64,000 nucleotides of DNA. Source: Lama glama. Lineage: Eukaryota. Shown here in pieces: positions 50,401-63,439 of the stretch. The translations under genes and the position numbers were made by a program. The stretch covers positions 34,412,001 to 34,476,000 of the forward strand of contig CM052817.1 of the NCBI GenBank assembly GCA_028534125.1, given 5' to 3'. A model generated the notes under the pieces. It did not search any database and was not told the DNA's origin. It was given only the letters and a program-made list of their open reading frames with translations. The stretch's first letter is position 1. Every line of letters begins with the position of its first letter.

Positions 50401-50844
50401 ACAGACACACAATTTGTATTATATGCTTCAAAAAGAGAGCACATAAAAACTGTTGGGAAATCGATGTGTGAAACAATATGAGTATATTTTGATAGTGGGT
50501 CATGTGGGAGGAATTCACATTTGTGACATGAGTTGTCATGAAATGATGTCATGAATTCAACTTCTACATCCGTGGAAGAGATTCCCCATTCACTCTGTCT
50601 TACAGATACAGAAAATAGAGTTTAGGGGGATTGGTATAGGAAACCACTAGTCAAATGAGAACGGAGACCAAAGATACTTCAGCTTTAGGCTCTCTCGTTT
50701 TAAACATGTTATGGCTTATCCTTATAAAAGGCAACCTCCTGCCCATCACGGACATTATAGATTTGGATGCTGCAGATTGTAGTTTTTGTTGACTGTTCTG
50801 TAGACTGGTCAGCAAATTCAGCTTAAGACAGAGGAAGAGAGCTT

Positions 50845-51090
50845 CTTCAATGTAGTGTAGTAGTTAAGGGAATGAACTTGAGGGTCCAACAGACTGGATG
50901 TGAGTTCACACTCTCTCTCTTAACGGTCATGTGCCCAGGACAAATTATTCAATCTCTAGAGCATCCATTTCCTTACTTGAAATGTGGTATAATAAAAGTA
51001 TCGACCTCACCGGTTTACTCTGAGGATGAGTTAACACATTTAAACTACTTGTTCATGACACCTGACATTTTAGTTAACATCAGAGCCACA
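50845..51090 (+). mobile_element. MIR SINE
   Basis: tgtagtagttaaggg...ggacaaattattcaatctctagagc...ctgaggatgagtt. Confidence 0.7.
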
Positions 51091-51854
51091 ATCAGACAAA
51101 AGAAATAACACTAAGCTTGTAAAAAAAAAAATTAGGCATTTGACATACCTTCTTAAAACTAAGTCTGAGTATTCAAATTATTCTTCTAGAAAATGTAATC
51201 TCTCAGGTATACAGTATGCCTGGAGTACAAACAAAATTATGGAGTTGAAACAGGGACAAATTTTTATATTTATCATTGCCTTCCAGAAAATTAAACACTT
51301 AAATCACCATAAAAAGTACCAGTCATCCTGTATTAGGCAAAACTGAAGGAGAAATATTTTCTCTTCCTCATAAAACAACAATATCCAAACTTATTATTTA
51401 AATCTTTTTATACCAGTCAGTAATTTTCCTGTTCCTATGTTTATACTGTTAAATATCTGGTCACTATCCTGTGTATAAAAATACTATATAATCAGAGATC
51501 AATCTTATGTAGCTCCTCTCCCCATGACTTTAAGTATTCCTTCTATGTTTACTTTGGCATAATTAATGATAATTTCATTGTGCTTTAGCTACTGGACAAA
51601 CTTACAGAGAATATAATCAACTAACCATTAGTGTATCCTGTAAACATAAATTATTAAGAGAGGGACTAAATGAGTAAGTAAATAAATAAGTTAAGTGGCC
51701 TTCTGTGGAGCGCTCACTCAAGCAAAAAAAAAAAAATAAAAGTTTTCAAGGATGAAACAAAGAACATTAGCACCACCTGGAGGCAGGAGTCTATTTGAAA
51801 TGTAAGGGAGATACTGTCCTCAGCACTGACGCTGGCAGCAGAGATGGGCTAGCC

Positions 51855-52160
51855 CTGTGTAGTCCTAAATCGCAGCACACACGTGGCTACTGAGCACCTG
51901 AAATGTGGCTACTCCAAGAGATGTGCCATAGGTATAAAACACACCAGATATCGGAGGCTTAATATGGAAAAAAGAATGTAAACTATCTCATTCATAATTT
52001 TTATATTGATGACATGTTAAAATAATATTTTTTCTTATGAGAGCCAATGAAATGTTATTACAATTAATTTCACCTGTTTATTTTTTTCCTTTCTAATGTG
52101 GCTTCTAGACATTTAAAATTATACATACAGCTTACATTACCTTTGTATTGGACAACGCTG
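51855..52160 (-). mobile_element. MER33-like hAT-Charlie DNA transposon
   Basis: cacgtggctactgagcacctgaaatgtggcta...aattaatttcacctgttt...tattggacaacgctg. Confidence 0.82.
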
Positions 52161-52164
52161 CTCT

Positions 52165-52336
52165 CACCCTCACTGCTCAGGATGCGAGCCATGGGCCAGC
52201 AGCATGGGTGTTCCCTACCTGAGAGCTTGTTAGAAATGCAGACTCTCAGGCCCCATCCCCAACCTACTGAATAAGAACCTGCATTTTGGCAAGATCCTCA
52301 AGTGACTGATATGTACATTAACTTTGAGACTTGCTG
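52165..52336. mobile_element. MER5A-like hAT-Charlie DNA transposon
   Basis: cctgagagcttgttagaaatgcagactctcaggccccatcccca...ctactgaat...ctgcatttt..caagatcc. Confidence 0.85.
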
Positions 52337-53699
52337 ATGTAATTCAACCTTCTTGTTTCAGAAATGGGCAAACTGAGACCCAGAGTGGCTTGGTCATGGT
52401 TATCTAGCTGGTTATTTAAAGCCTGATTTCCCCAGTGGTCTTGAAACTGTGCAATACTACACCCACACTGCATTATCCTGCAGACCCTTCCATCTCGTAG
52501 AGTGAAAATAAAACAGACTGCTGCTTCACTAGCAAAAACCAAAACATTTTATTGCAAATATATTTTAAAAAGACGATCTCAGGGATATTCTAGGGAATTC
52601 TTTAGTCCTTGTAAGCTAGTAAGTCACTGTAAGTCACTACATAAGAACGTAGAAAACCTGTGCTTTCTGAACTATTCCTGCAAATAACATCCTTTGACCA
52701 TGAAAAAAGGTCAGAGTCTGGAATCAATAACATGCATTCCAATCACTAATCAGTTTTATAACCCAGTTCCTTGCAGGAGGGTCTTATTCATTCTTTGAAT
52801 GTCCAGCTCTTCACAATATGCCTAGCTCACAGAAAACTTTGAATACATGTGTTGAATGACCAGATTTGTTTCTGTTGATTAGGTTCTATACCTCAGGAAA
52901 TGTTCCTTTCTTTATGCAACAATGTAAAGAAATTCAGGAAAACACTTAAGTAGGAACCATAGCTAAAATTAGTAGTGCTTTTATGTCCAAATCCCTTTAT
53001 AATTCAGCACATTGTTAAGAGAAAATTCAAATAGATACTAACTTTGGTCATGAAAATATAATTCATAGTGTAGAAAGAGGAGATGCTGGGTAAAATAAGA
53101 TAATATTGGCAAGTAATTCCAAGGAGTAGAAGTTGTTAAAAATTTTTCACTCATTTTTGTAAAGATTTTTGCAAGACAGATTAATCAAGTCTAATCAATT
53201 TCCAGTGTCCTGTGCATATGACCCAAATGTTTTCTCTCAGAAGAAATTACTTTTTGTATGCCAACTGGAAAACGTAGATTTAACTTAGGAAATGAATTTC
53301 TATGCTATATGAATGGAATATAACTACAATAGGAAGCACATTAATGAAATGATTTTTTTAAATGATGTAAGTCATATAGGAAGGAAAGTTTAACTCCCAC
53401 TCTCTTCCTTTCAATTGTCCCATTTCCTCATGTTTTGTCCATTACTCATGTCAGGTTTTGTTATTAACCTAAATAAAATAATAGGACATCAATCATGCCT
53501 GTTATATACAATAATGAACAGATGACTTGCATTTAATTATTGGAATGGTAATAACAATAAAAATAATAGGCAAAAATAGCATATATATCATTAATTTATA
53601 CATCATTAATACCCCCAAAACATACTAATCATTTGTTTGGCAATGAGGTAAGCACTGCCTTACAACATTTCTTTTATTGATGTCTTGAACAGATATGGA

Positions 53700-54780
53700 A
53701 TGATTCATTCATTCAACAATATACACTGAGTACGTATACGCCAGGCACTAGAGAGACACGGGGAATAATAAAAACAGGCACTGCCCTCCTGGAGCATCTC
53801 GTCTCAAACAATGAACACGTAAGTAATGAAACACATGGTACATCAGACTGCAGCGAGTGACGTGGTGAATATTAAAGGGGGGGAATGAAAAGCAGGGAGG
53901 TACACTTTTACATAAGGTGGTCTCTCTTAATTTTGAGTGGGAACCCGTAAGAAGCAAGGGAGGAGGTCACATAGATATCTAGGGGAGGCTGCCTGCTCAA
54001 ATGGAACAAAGTACAAAGGCCACAAGGCAGCAGCATGCTTACAGGTTGAATGCAGCGCAGAGACCAGTGTGAGGGGAGTGGAGTCAATGCAAGCAAGAGC
54101 AGGAGATGAAGTCAGAGAGGTAGCAGGGGCCAGATCCGGCAGAACACTGTAAGACACAGTAAGGACTTTGGATGTTCCTCCAAGTATGAGGAGAAACCAC
54201 TAGAGAGTTTGTCAGTGACATGACATGATCTGACCTAACCTTCAGAAGGACTCACTCTAATTGCTTTTTGGAAATAGGCCTTAGGGGGTCAAGGCACAAG
54301 TGGGAGTTAGAAGATCATTATAATAATCCAAGCAAGAAATGATGGTGACTTGGACCAGGATTGATGATGGTGGTGATAACGAAATGATATAAAATTCTAG
54401 ACATATTCTGAAGGTAAAAATAGCAGGATTTTGGGGTGGACCTGATGTAGTGTATGAAAAGACAACATAAAACCTCATGTTTTTTGAGCAATGGAGCTAT
54501 CAGTTCCTGGAAAAACTGAGATGTGAATAGATTTCGTTGGGGAGAGGCAGAGGGAGGGAAGATCAGAGATTGGTTTTAGACATGAATTTAAGATGACTTT
54601 TAAATATTCATTTTTTTAATTGGATAGACTAGAGCAGAGTCAAAGGAAAGGCTGAGGCTGGAATCCTTGGCATCATTTCAGTCTCTGACACAAGGGATCA
54701 ACAAAGAAGTGAGTGGAAATAGAGCCAAGAAGAATTTCAGGACTGAGCTTTGGAATATCCAATACTGAAAGTATCCAATA
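53700..54780 (-). mobile_element. L2 LINE 3' region (~1.1 kb)
   Basis: Starts attcattcattcaacaa (L2 tail); gatgaagtcagagaggtagcaggggccagatc...taatccaagcaagaaatgatggtgacttggaccagg. Confidence 0.85.
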
Positions 54781-55204
54781 CTCAAGTAACTGTTGAGATA
54801 TTTAGTGTTGTCATTCCCCAACCAAAATGCTAGCTCCCTGAGGCTGAAGGCCGTTCTTCATATTCTTCACCAAGCACTCTGCCAATGGCGGGTGCCAAAA
54901 CATATCTAGTAAATGAATGAATAAAGGAGTGTATCAGGTAATGTTTAGAGCAGTTGCCAAGATGAAGGAAGAAAAGGTATGGGAGGACCATATCTGGCAT
55001 CTTCCTCCAGTCCCCATAACTCACTCCTCCCCATGGGGGAAAGAATGACTTACCTAACTTGACGAATTTGGAACAGGAAATTGAGACAGGGAGGCTCAGC
55101 AGTTTCTGGGCTCTTACATTTCCAGAGAGAGTTCTCAACCCTAAGTAAAATTACCATTTGGGGGCTAGGAGAGGGAGAGGGGAATGATAAATTATCCCCT
55201 CTTC

Positions 55205-55800
55205 AAAACTCAATGTATTGTTATGTGGTCTTTTGTAATTGGTTTGTTTCACTTAGCATACATACATTTTTCAAGGCCCATCCATATTGTAGCATGTATC
55301 AGTCTTTCATTTCTTCTTATGGCCCGATAGCATCCCATTGTAAGGATGTACTGCATGTTGTTTATCCATTCATCAGCTGATAGACACTTGGATTGTTTCC
55401 ACCTTCGGCAATTGTGAATAATGCTGCTGTGAACACACGCGTACAAGTTTTTGTGTAGACGTGTTTTCAATTCAATTTCAATGTTTTGGTCATATTCTTA
55501 GAATTAAAATTGCTAGATCACAGGGTACCTCTATGTTTAACTTTCTGAGGAACTTCCAGGCTGTTTTTCAAGGTAGATGCTCCATTTTACACTCCCATCA
55601 GTAGTGTATAAGAGTTCTGATTTCTCCACAACACTTGTTCCCATGTGATCATCATCAGTCATCCCACTGTGTGTGAAGTAGTATCTCATTAAGGTTTTGA
55701 TTTGCATTTCCCTGATGGATAACAATGTTGTGGGTCTTCTGATGTGCCATTTCTATATTTTTCTTTATTCTTTCCCCACCACACAGACTGGTTTGGTTCC
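55205..55800 (-). mobile_element. L1M-type 3' fragment
   Basis: Minus-strand SIREMQIKTLMRYYFT and WKQSKCLSADEWINNMQYI ORF2 C-terminal remnants. Confidence 0.85.
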
Positions 55801-55849
55801 TATTTCTATTATACTGGACTCTGTATTGTATTATACTATACCTTACATT

Positions 55850-57860
55850 TCTAACATTAACTTGAAGCTTTAGGTCGAACATGATAGCTCTTATCCTTCT
55901 CCCAAACACAAAGACCTTAAAAGAACTTACCACTTCATCCCATCTTAACTGTTATACAGTATTTTATTCCAACTTTATTTTTATACCTTACAAATTTGTC
56001 ATTATTTTATGAGGTCTGTGCTTACTGGGTAATCTAAGTAAACACTCCTGTTTGCTAATCACATTATTTATCATTGTTCACTGCATCTCACTCTTTCCTT
56101 CTGGGTTAAATTTCCTTCTTCCTAAAGAGCATGTTCAAGAATTTTTTTAATAAGACCCTATGAGTGATCAATTATATTCCTTCTTTTTTAAAATTTCTCT
56201 TATTTTTGGATGATAGTTTATTTTGTATAGTTTCTAACTGATGGTTACTTTGCTTTAATATTTTAAAATATGACTCCATTGATTTCTGGATTCTATTATT
56301 ACTGTTGTTGGTCTAATTATTACTCCTCTAGATAAATGTCTTTATTCTATCTATGGAAATAATCAATAAACCAATCTATAATAGGAATAGAAAAAAGTTT
56401 TACTTGAACCAAACTGAGAAATATACCCCAGAAGACACAGATTCAAGAAGCACTTGCATTCTGTTCCATGGGACTACAAAATGGGAGAGGCTTATAAAGG
56501 CAAAACCCACAAAATTATGTAAGTTGTCTGTCAAGGATTACAATTATAGCTAGCAAAAAATAAGGGGTGCTTACTAAGCAAGGTTTGGTTGGGTCCAAAA
56601 TGGTTGCAGAGTTACAAGGGGAGACCTTGAGACCATAAGGTTTCAGCTAGCAGCTGCTAGCAGACACTGTTTTGAGAATGGTTGGTGGTGTCCTTGAGTC
56701 TGATACAGTTCAGAAAATTCAGGTTCTCACTGATGCAGGAAACTGTCTGAATCCAGATCCACAAGAGCCACCCAGCTCCTTCCTGGATGCCTGAACCACT
56801 GTTACTCCATTTTGATTTTTTAAGTGCATTCTTTTCCTTTAATGGTTAAAGTAGATGAGCAATGCATGCATGACAGTCCATAAAACAGGTTGTTCTGTTA
56901 GCATAAATCTTAAGTTAAATCACATATAAGCCAGAATGACTTCCCCATACCTCAATGTGAAAATTTCTTCCATCGTTTCTCTAATTGAATTTAAGAATGT
57001 GTGTGTGTTTTGTCTCTGATGTCCATTTTTACTTCTGTGTCTAGATGTCTATTTCTATTTATTCTGCTCAAGTTTCATTATGTTTCTTAAATATAAAGAT
57101 TCACAATTTCAATCAAATTGGAAAATTTTTCAAACACTACCTTTTCAAATATTATCTGTTCAGCATTTTCTCTTTTCTTTTCTTCTCACATCCTATTGAT
57201 AATTTGCTGGCCCTCTTTCTTTCTCCTTGTTTCTTATCTTCTTTCATTTTCCATCTCTATCAATTTTTGCTCCTTTCTGAGAATCTACTGTAGATTTAGC
57301 CTCTGGGTCTCTTGCCAGCTATCTCTAACTAGCTATTTAATCACCTTTTTCCTTTTCTAAAAGCTCTGTTTGGTTCTACAGAACTTCCCCGGTCTTTTCC
57401 TAACAGTGCATTCTTTTCTAGGATTCAAATCCCTTTCATTGTGTCTTCAATCACTGCAAACATATTTATTTTATATCTTTCAGACTGTGGTTCATTTATC
57501 TCAATTTCTTACTGTTTTGTACTCCTGATTTTTTTCACTTAGAGTTCTTCCATGTGAGTTCTGACTCTTTTTAGGAACCCATCTTATTGCGAGTTCTTTT
57601 TCTCTGACAATTTCTTTCAAGTGTTCTGGCATTTGCTCATGCCAGGCAGAAGTATCAAAGTATGTTACTTTCTCAGCTGAGAAAGACAGCTAAAGATGAG
57701 ATAGAACTGGTGACTGGGAAACTGAACCTGAGAGAAACAACTAGAAAGCAGATAGGTTGATATTTACCTCCCAACTCAAGCCCAAGCTACCACATACAAG
57801 CCCTTTTTTTCCCCTCTATTTCTGCCGAAGGGTAGATTTCTTTTTTTAATTCATTTTTAA
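55850..57860 (-). mobile_element. Ancient L1/HAL1 ORF1-region fragment, split by an LTR
   Basis: Antisense ORF1-like DNA (tccattgatttctggattctatta; caaattggaaaatttttca...ttcaaatatt) on both sides of 56354-56972. Confidence 0.55.
56354..56972 (-). mobile_element. ERV1-like solo LTR (possibly lineage-specific)
   Basis: Bounded by TGGAA...TTCCA inverted termini; minus-strand TATA-like cctttataagcc and polyA-like caagtaaaac in LTR order; interrupts older L1 sequence. Confidence 0.6.
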
Positions 57861-58340
57861 ACATTTTCACCATAGAAGGCTACAGAGAAATTTTATTAAA
57901 GTATTTATTGTTGGATTAGGTTGTAAATGGCAGCAGCAGGCTATTACTCCTGCCATAACAAATAGAAAAAAATAGAAACAAAAACAAAAATCACATTTTA
58001 AGACACTGAATGACTGTAGAAACAAAGTCTAGAGAAGTTGAATTTCAGAGAAAGAAAAGTCTTTCCTAGGAAATAGGAAGTCATTTCTCTCCTGACATAC
58101 TATCTGTATGACAGAATAAAGGGTAGGGCTTCTCTGAGGGAGAACACTAACTTCAACATCTTTGGTCCTTTTATAGGCACACCAGGGTATCTTCTCTGCC
58201 AAGAACAGGTCAGGCATCCTAGGGAGCTGCTCTCTCATCCACAGAACGGGTGCTAATGCCACCTCATAGAGTCAAGGTGCTGATTAAATCAGAATGCACT
58301 TTAAAAACAAAGTCTGATATATAAAAAAATTATGAAATGT

Positions 58341-58389
58341 GTACACCAGAAATTGACACATTGTAACTAACTATACTTCAATTAAAAAT
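58341..58389 (+). mobile_element. ~49-bp L1 3'-terminal stub
   Basis: gtacaccagaaattgacacattgtaactaactatacttcaattaaaaa; TSD aaaaattatgaaatgt / agaagttgtgaaatgt. Confidence 0.75.
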
Positions 58390-58409
58390 AGAAGTTGTGA
58401 AATGTAAAG

Positions 58410-60424
58410 CACATAAAATATGAACTACAATCAAAAGAAAAATAGACAACAGAAGCAGACACATAGATGATTCAGTCAAAGAGAAAGACACAATAATCCT
58501 TAATGGGTATGGACCTAATAACAGCTTCAAAATATATAAAGAAAATTGAATAAAAATCAAAAATAAAGGAAAAGACAGGCAAATCCACTATCATCCCTAT
58601 ATATTAGCACATCTCCTTCAGGAAATCACACAGCAAGCAGACAAGAACATATAAAATACTTGAATACTATTAACCAACTTGATTTAATTGATATTTATGA
58701 AATACTACACTTAACTACTATAGAACACACTTTCTTCTCAAGTACACTTAAACATTTACAAAATACCATATATCGGAACATACAGCAAATCTCAACACAT
58801 TCCAAAAGACTGATATCACACAAAAATGTTCACTGACCACAGCAGAATTAAAGTAGAAATTAATAATGAAAAGACAACTAAAAAATTGAGGGAAGAAGTC
58901 TTAATGGAAATTGGAAAATATTTTTAACTAAACAATAATGCACCAAAATTTGTGGGATGCAGGTAAAGCAGTGTTTAGAAGGAAATTTGATAGTTTAAAT
59001 GCTCATTAGAGAAAAAAGATTTCAAATCCGTGATCTAAGGTTTCATCTGAAGAAGCCAGAAAAAAATAGTAGTTACACTCAAGAAATGAGAAACATGGGA
59101 AGATAAGAACAAAAAAAATTAATGAAATAGAAGATAAACATAAAATAGGGAAAATCAACAAATCAATAGTTCACTCTTTGGAAACATTAATTAAAGTGAT
59201 AAAACTCTAGCAAGACTGGTAAAGAAAATATAAATCATCAATACTAGAAAAAAAAGAGGACATCACTATAGATCCCTACTGACGTTAAAAAGGAGACAAG
59301 ATTATTATAAATAATTATAATTAGTAAATATGACTATTCTGAATAACTATACAGCTTAAGAGAAATAGACAAATTTACTGAAAAACACGACTTTCCCAAA
59401 GTGATACAAAAATAAATGTAACTCTTAGTCCCAAAGAAAACTCCAGGCCTACATGGCATCACCAGTAAATTCTGTTAACATTTCATGAAAAAGTAAACCG
59501 TTCCCATACAAACTGTTTCAGAGAAAAGAGGAAGAAAGAACAATTTCCAATTTGTTTCATGAACTAACAGGGCACTAATACCAAAACTTAATAAGGACAT
59601 TACAAGAAAAGAAATTTATAGACCAGACTCCCTCATGAGAAATGACATTAAAAAAAACCTTATCAAAGTATTAACAAATCAAACCCAACAACATATAAAA
59701 ACATACCAAATCATAACTAAGTGGGGTTTATCCCAAGAATGTAAGGTTGGTATATTTTTCATAAATCAGTGAAATTAATTACCTTAAGAGAATACAGTTG
59801 ACCCTTGAACAACATGGATTTGAACTGCCAGGGTCGACTTACATTTAGATTTTTTTCAACAACCTGTGATTGGTTAACTCCTCCAATATGGAGGAACTGC
59901 AGATACAGAGGAATGCTGGATATGGATGGATCAATTACAAATTACACATGGATTTTCAACCTCACAGAGGGTTGGCATCCCTAATGCCCCCATGTTGTTA
60001 AGGGTCAACCATAAATTTAAAAAAATACATGATTATCCCAATAAGTGCTTAAAAATTATATAATATTCAGAACGTTTCATGATTAAAAAATTCTAATAAA
60101 ACTGGAAATAAAGGGAACATTCTCAACCTAACAAAAGGTATTTATATAAAACCTATTAATAATATCATGTTTAATGGTGAAAAACTGAATGCTTTGTCCT
60201 AAAAATCAGGAATGAGGCAAGAATTCCGACAAGACAATGATGTTTCCTCTCACCACTTCTATTCAACATTGTACTTGAGGTTTCACCCATTCCATAAGGC
60301 AATAAAAATAAATAAGAGCCATCCAGATGAGGAAGAAAGAAGTAAAATGGTCCTTATTCACAGATGACACGAATACAGAAAATCCTAAAGTAGCTACAAA
60401 CTCTTAGAATAACTAAATTTTGTA
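58410..60424 (+). mobile_element. Degenerate L1 ORF2 (endonuclease to RT region)
   Basis: aagtggggtttatcccaagaatgtaaggttgg; ctctcaccacttctattcaacattgtact; ttattcacagatgacac (degenerate FADD region). Confidence 0.88.
59795..60011 (+). mobile_element. Tigger2-family non-autonomous DNA transposon inside L1
   Basis: TA-cagttgacccttgaacaacatgg ... ccatgttgttaagggtcaacca-TA terminal inverted repeats. Confidence 0.85.
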
Positions 60425-61135
60425 AGATAAAAACTTTTACCTTAACTTCACTTAATCCTTTTTTTTTTTTTTGATGCTCTTCCTTTCTTTATGTAGATCC
60501 AAGTTTCTGACTTACATTGTTTTCCTTCTCTTTAAAGAATTTCTTTTAACATTTCTTGCCAGGTAGGTCTACTGCTGACAAATACTCACAATTTTTGTTT
60601 GTCTGAGAAAGACTTTATTTCTCTTTCACTCTTGAAGAAGAAACTTATGAATTATTTGAATTAAATGTTGTATATGGTATTAGGTAAGGGTCAAGAATAT
60701 ATATTTTTCTTATGTGGATGGCCAATTGCTCCAGCACTGTTTATTGAGAAGACCTTTTTCTTCACTGTGTTGCAAGGGACCTTCATCATAAATCAAGTAA
60801 TCAATATATGTTGGTCTATTATGGGATCACTTTTATTTCACAAATCTATGTATCCTTACACCAATACTACACCTAATTCTAATTACTATAGTTTTATATT
60901 AAGTCTTGAAATATGACCACTTAAACCCTCTTTTCCTTTTTTCAATTTTCTCTTGGGCTTTTTTAAGGTCCTTTATTTTCTATATATATTTTAGATTCAT
61001 CTTACCAATTTCCACAAAATTCTTGCTGGGATTTCAACTGTAGCTATGTTGAATAATTAGATCAATAGAAGAGAAATTAACATCTTAACAACACTGAATT
61101 TTCCAAAAGAGAAAAATGATCTGTTTCTCCATTTA
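60425..61135 (-). mobile_element. Antisense L1 block: ORF1 C-terminal piece (60425-60640) plus post-RT ORF2 piece (60650-61135)
   Basis: Reverse complement reads ataaatggaga...ttgttaagatg...aataaacagtgctggagcaattgg, then ttcaagagtgaaagagaaataaagtctttctcagacaaacaaaa. Confidence 0.8.
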
Positions 61136-61139
61136 TCAT

Positions 61140-61885
61140 ATTTATTTATTTTTCTCAAGCTCACATGGAACATTCACTAAAATAAACCACATTCTGGGGC
61201 GTAAAACACCCCTTAACAAATTTTTTAACTGGGAATCATACAATGTCTGCTCTCAGATCACAGCAGAATTAAGCCAGAAATCAATAACAAAAAGATAACT
61301 GGAAATTTTCAAAATACATGGATATTAAACAAAACACTTCTAAATAAAACATGGGTCAAAGAAGAAATCTCAAGGAAACTTTTAAAATATTTTGCACTAA
61401 GTGAAAATGAAAACACAGCTTGTCAAAATTTGTGGGAAGCAGCAAACCCAGTGCATAGAAGGAAATTTATAGCATTGGATGTATATGTTCGAAAAAAGGA
61501 AAGATCTAAAATCAATAATCTATGTTTCCACCTTAGAAAACTAGAAAAAGAACAGCAAATTAAGCCCAAAGTAAGCAGAAGGAAAGAAATAATAAGAATT
61601 AGAGCAGAAATCATTGAAATTGAAAACAGGAAATCAACAGAGAAAATTAACAAAATCAAAAGCTTGTTCTTTGAAAAAACTAATAAAACTGATAAGCCTC
61701 TAGCCAGGCTAAGAAGAGAGAGAATACAAACTACTAATATCAGACATCAAAGAGCGGACATCTCAACAGAGCCCATGGACATTAGCAAGATAATAAACAA
61801 GTATATGAGAGCTGTCTACACTTTCTGATCATTCTTCTATAAACCTAAAACTGCTCTAAAATAAAATTAAGTCTATTAATTAAGA
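61140..61885 (+). mobile_element. L1MC-like ORF2 N-terminal remnant joined directly to a 3' end
   Basis: ORF 61430..61828 WEAANPVHRRKFIAL...LEKEQQIKPKVSRRKEIIRIRAEI...FFEKTNKTDKPLARL; then aaacctaaaactgctctaaaa. Confidence 0.88.
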
Positions 61886-62029
61886 GGAAAAAAAACCCCT
61901 AAGACATGTCTTATCAGCAAGGTTGAGCATGGAAGGGTGAGGAGAAGCAGATTATTATCTTAATGGGTGGGGACTAAGGCACATGGTAACAAAAAGTGCT
62001 TGTGCTTGAAAAACATATTGCATGAATAA

Positions 62030-62116
62030 ATATGATTTCCAAGTAAGGTTACATTCTGAGGTACTGAGGGGTAGAACTTCAACATAATAAATCTTTGTAG
62101 GACCCAACCCACAACA
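62030..62116 (-). mobile_element. MLT1 LTR terminal fragment
   Basis: atttccaagtaaggttacattctgaggtactgaggggtagaacttcaacat...caacccacaaca. Confidence 0.7.
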
Positions 62117-63439
62117 TGGGGGATGGAACGGAAGGCATAAGACAAAGCTGGACCTTAGGGAAGGAAAGGCATCGACCTAGAGCTGCTGAGAGCAAACAGG
62201 CCAAGGGAATGAAGGGGAAGCCATGGCCCAGGCTCAGTTATGGGGTAATAAAGACAAAGTGGAACTTGAAGACTCAGACAGAATGCTGATGAGAGCTAGG
62301 TGGGGAGGAGCAGGCCCAACAGCTGTGCCAGGATTTATATTAGGGCTGGCTCAGGATTGAGTGGCAAAAGGAGGTAAGGACAGGAGTGGCCATCAATATA
62401 ACCACAGATGCATAGAGCGCCCCCATGAACGATCTTTACTGGGAAGTAGGTATTCAGATCACCTTCTGAGAGTGAAAGGTGAGAGGGCAAAGTGCCAGGG
62501 GATTTGGATGGAGAAGATTGTGAAGACCCAACGCAGGATGATGGCCTCGGAATTTGACAAAAAGCAAATGAAAGGACCGTCAGGTGGCTTGGCGTGTCCC
62601 ATGAATTCAGGTCATGAACCCATCCTGCTCTGTAGCTCTGATAGAAAGTGGGTGGTTGGGTCCACACAGGGTTGGGGGCTTGCAAGGCTACTGCAAGAGA
62701 AAACCAGGAATGAGCACTGGGGTGTGTGTGTGGAGTGGGAAGTATAAAAAAGCACCAAGGGAGCATGAATTCAGGCTGGGAAGAAAAAGAAGCAAAGCAT
62801 CCGCATCTCAGAAGCATTCACTCCTCACTCCCCACTGCCAGAGTTTTCCTTTAGGCCACAACCAAACTTTCACAGAAGCTTCTACCTGCTCTCCTGCCTT
62901 TCGCCTTGCCCGGGCCCTGATCCCATTCACTCTCCACCCTGCTGTCAGAATAAGCTGAAAAGTCTAATCATGCTACTCCTTTGTTTAAAATTCAATCACT
63001 GCCATGGACCAAATATAAGCAGATGCAGTGTGTTGTACATCAAGGTGACAGCAGACATAGGATGCTGTACACCTAGGTCTTCTGTTCAACCAGGGAAGCC
63101 AAATCACGTAGACAAAGAAGCAGCGGCATCAAATCGGAGAAGCCTGCAGCTGATGTCAACACTCTACCTGCTTGCAAAGTGTGAACAAAGATAACTTCCT
63201 ACCGAGTGGGATTTGATGCACCACCACCACCATCACCACCAAAATAGGACCTTGCTGGTGCCGCTTCCTTGGTCTAAAAGGTTCTCTTTCCCTTTTTTCT
63301 CTTCATCTACTAGGAACTCTCAACATTCTTCAAGATCTAACTTCCTTCACTGACCACCCCAGTTAGAAATGACCTATCCACCCATTTAGCCCTTATTCTC
63401 TTCTTCATTGTGGTTATTTTTTCAAAGGTACATGAAATA

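Noticed and set aside
62335..62958. Three overlapping ORFs of 114-160 aa on both strands
   Set aside because: No recognisable domain or splice context; slightly higher GC lowers stop frequency
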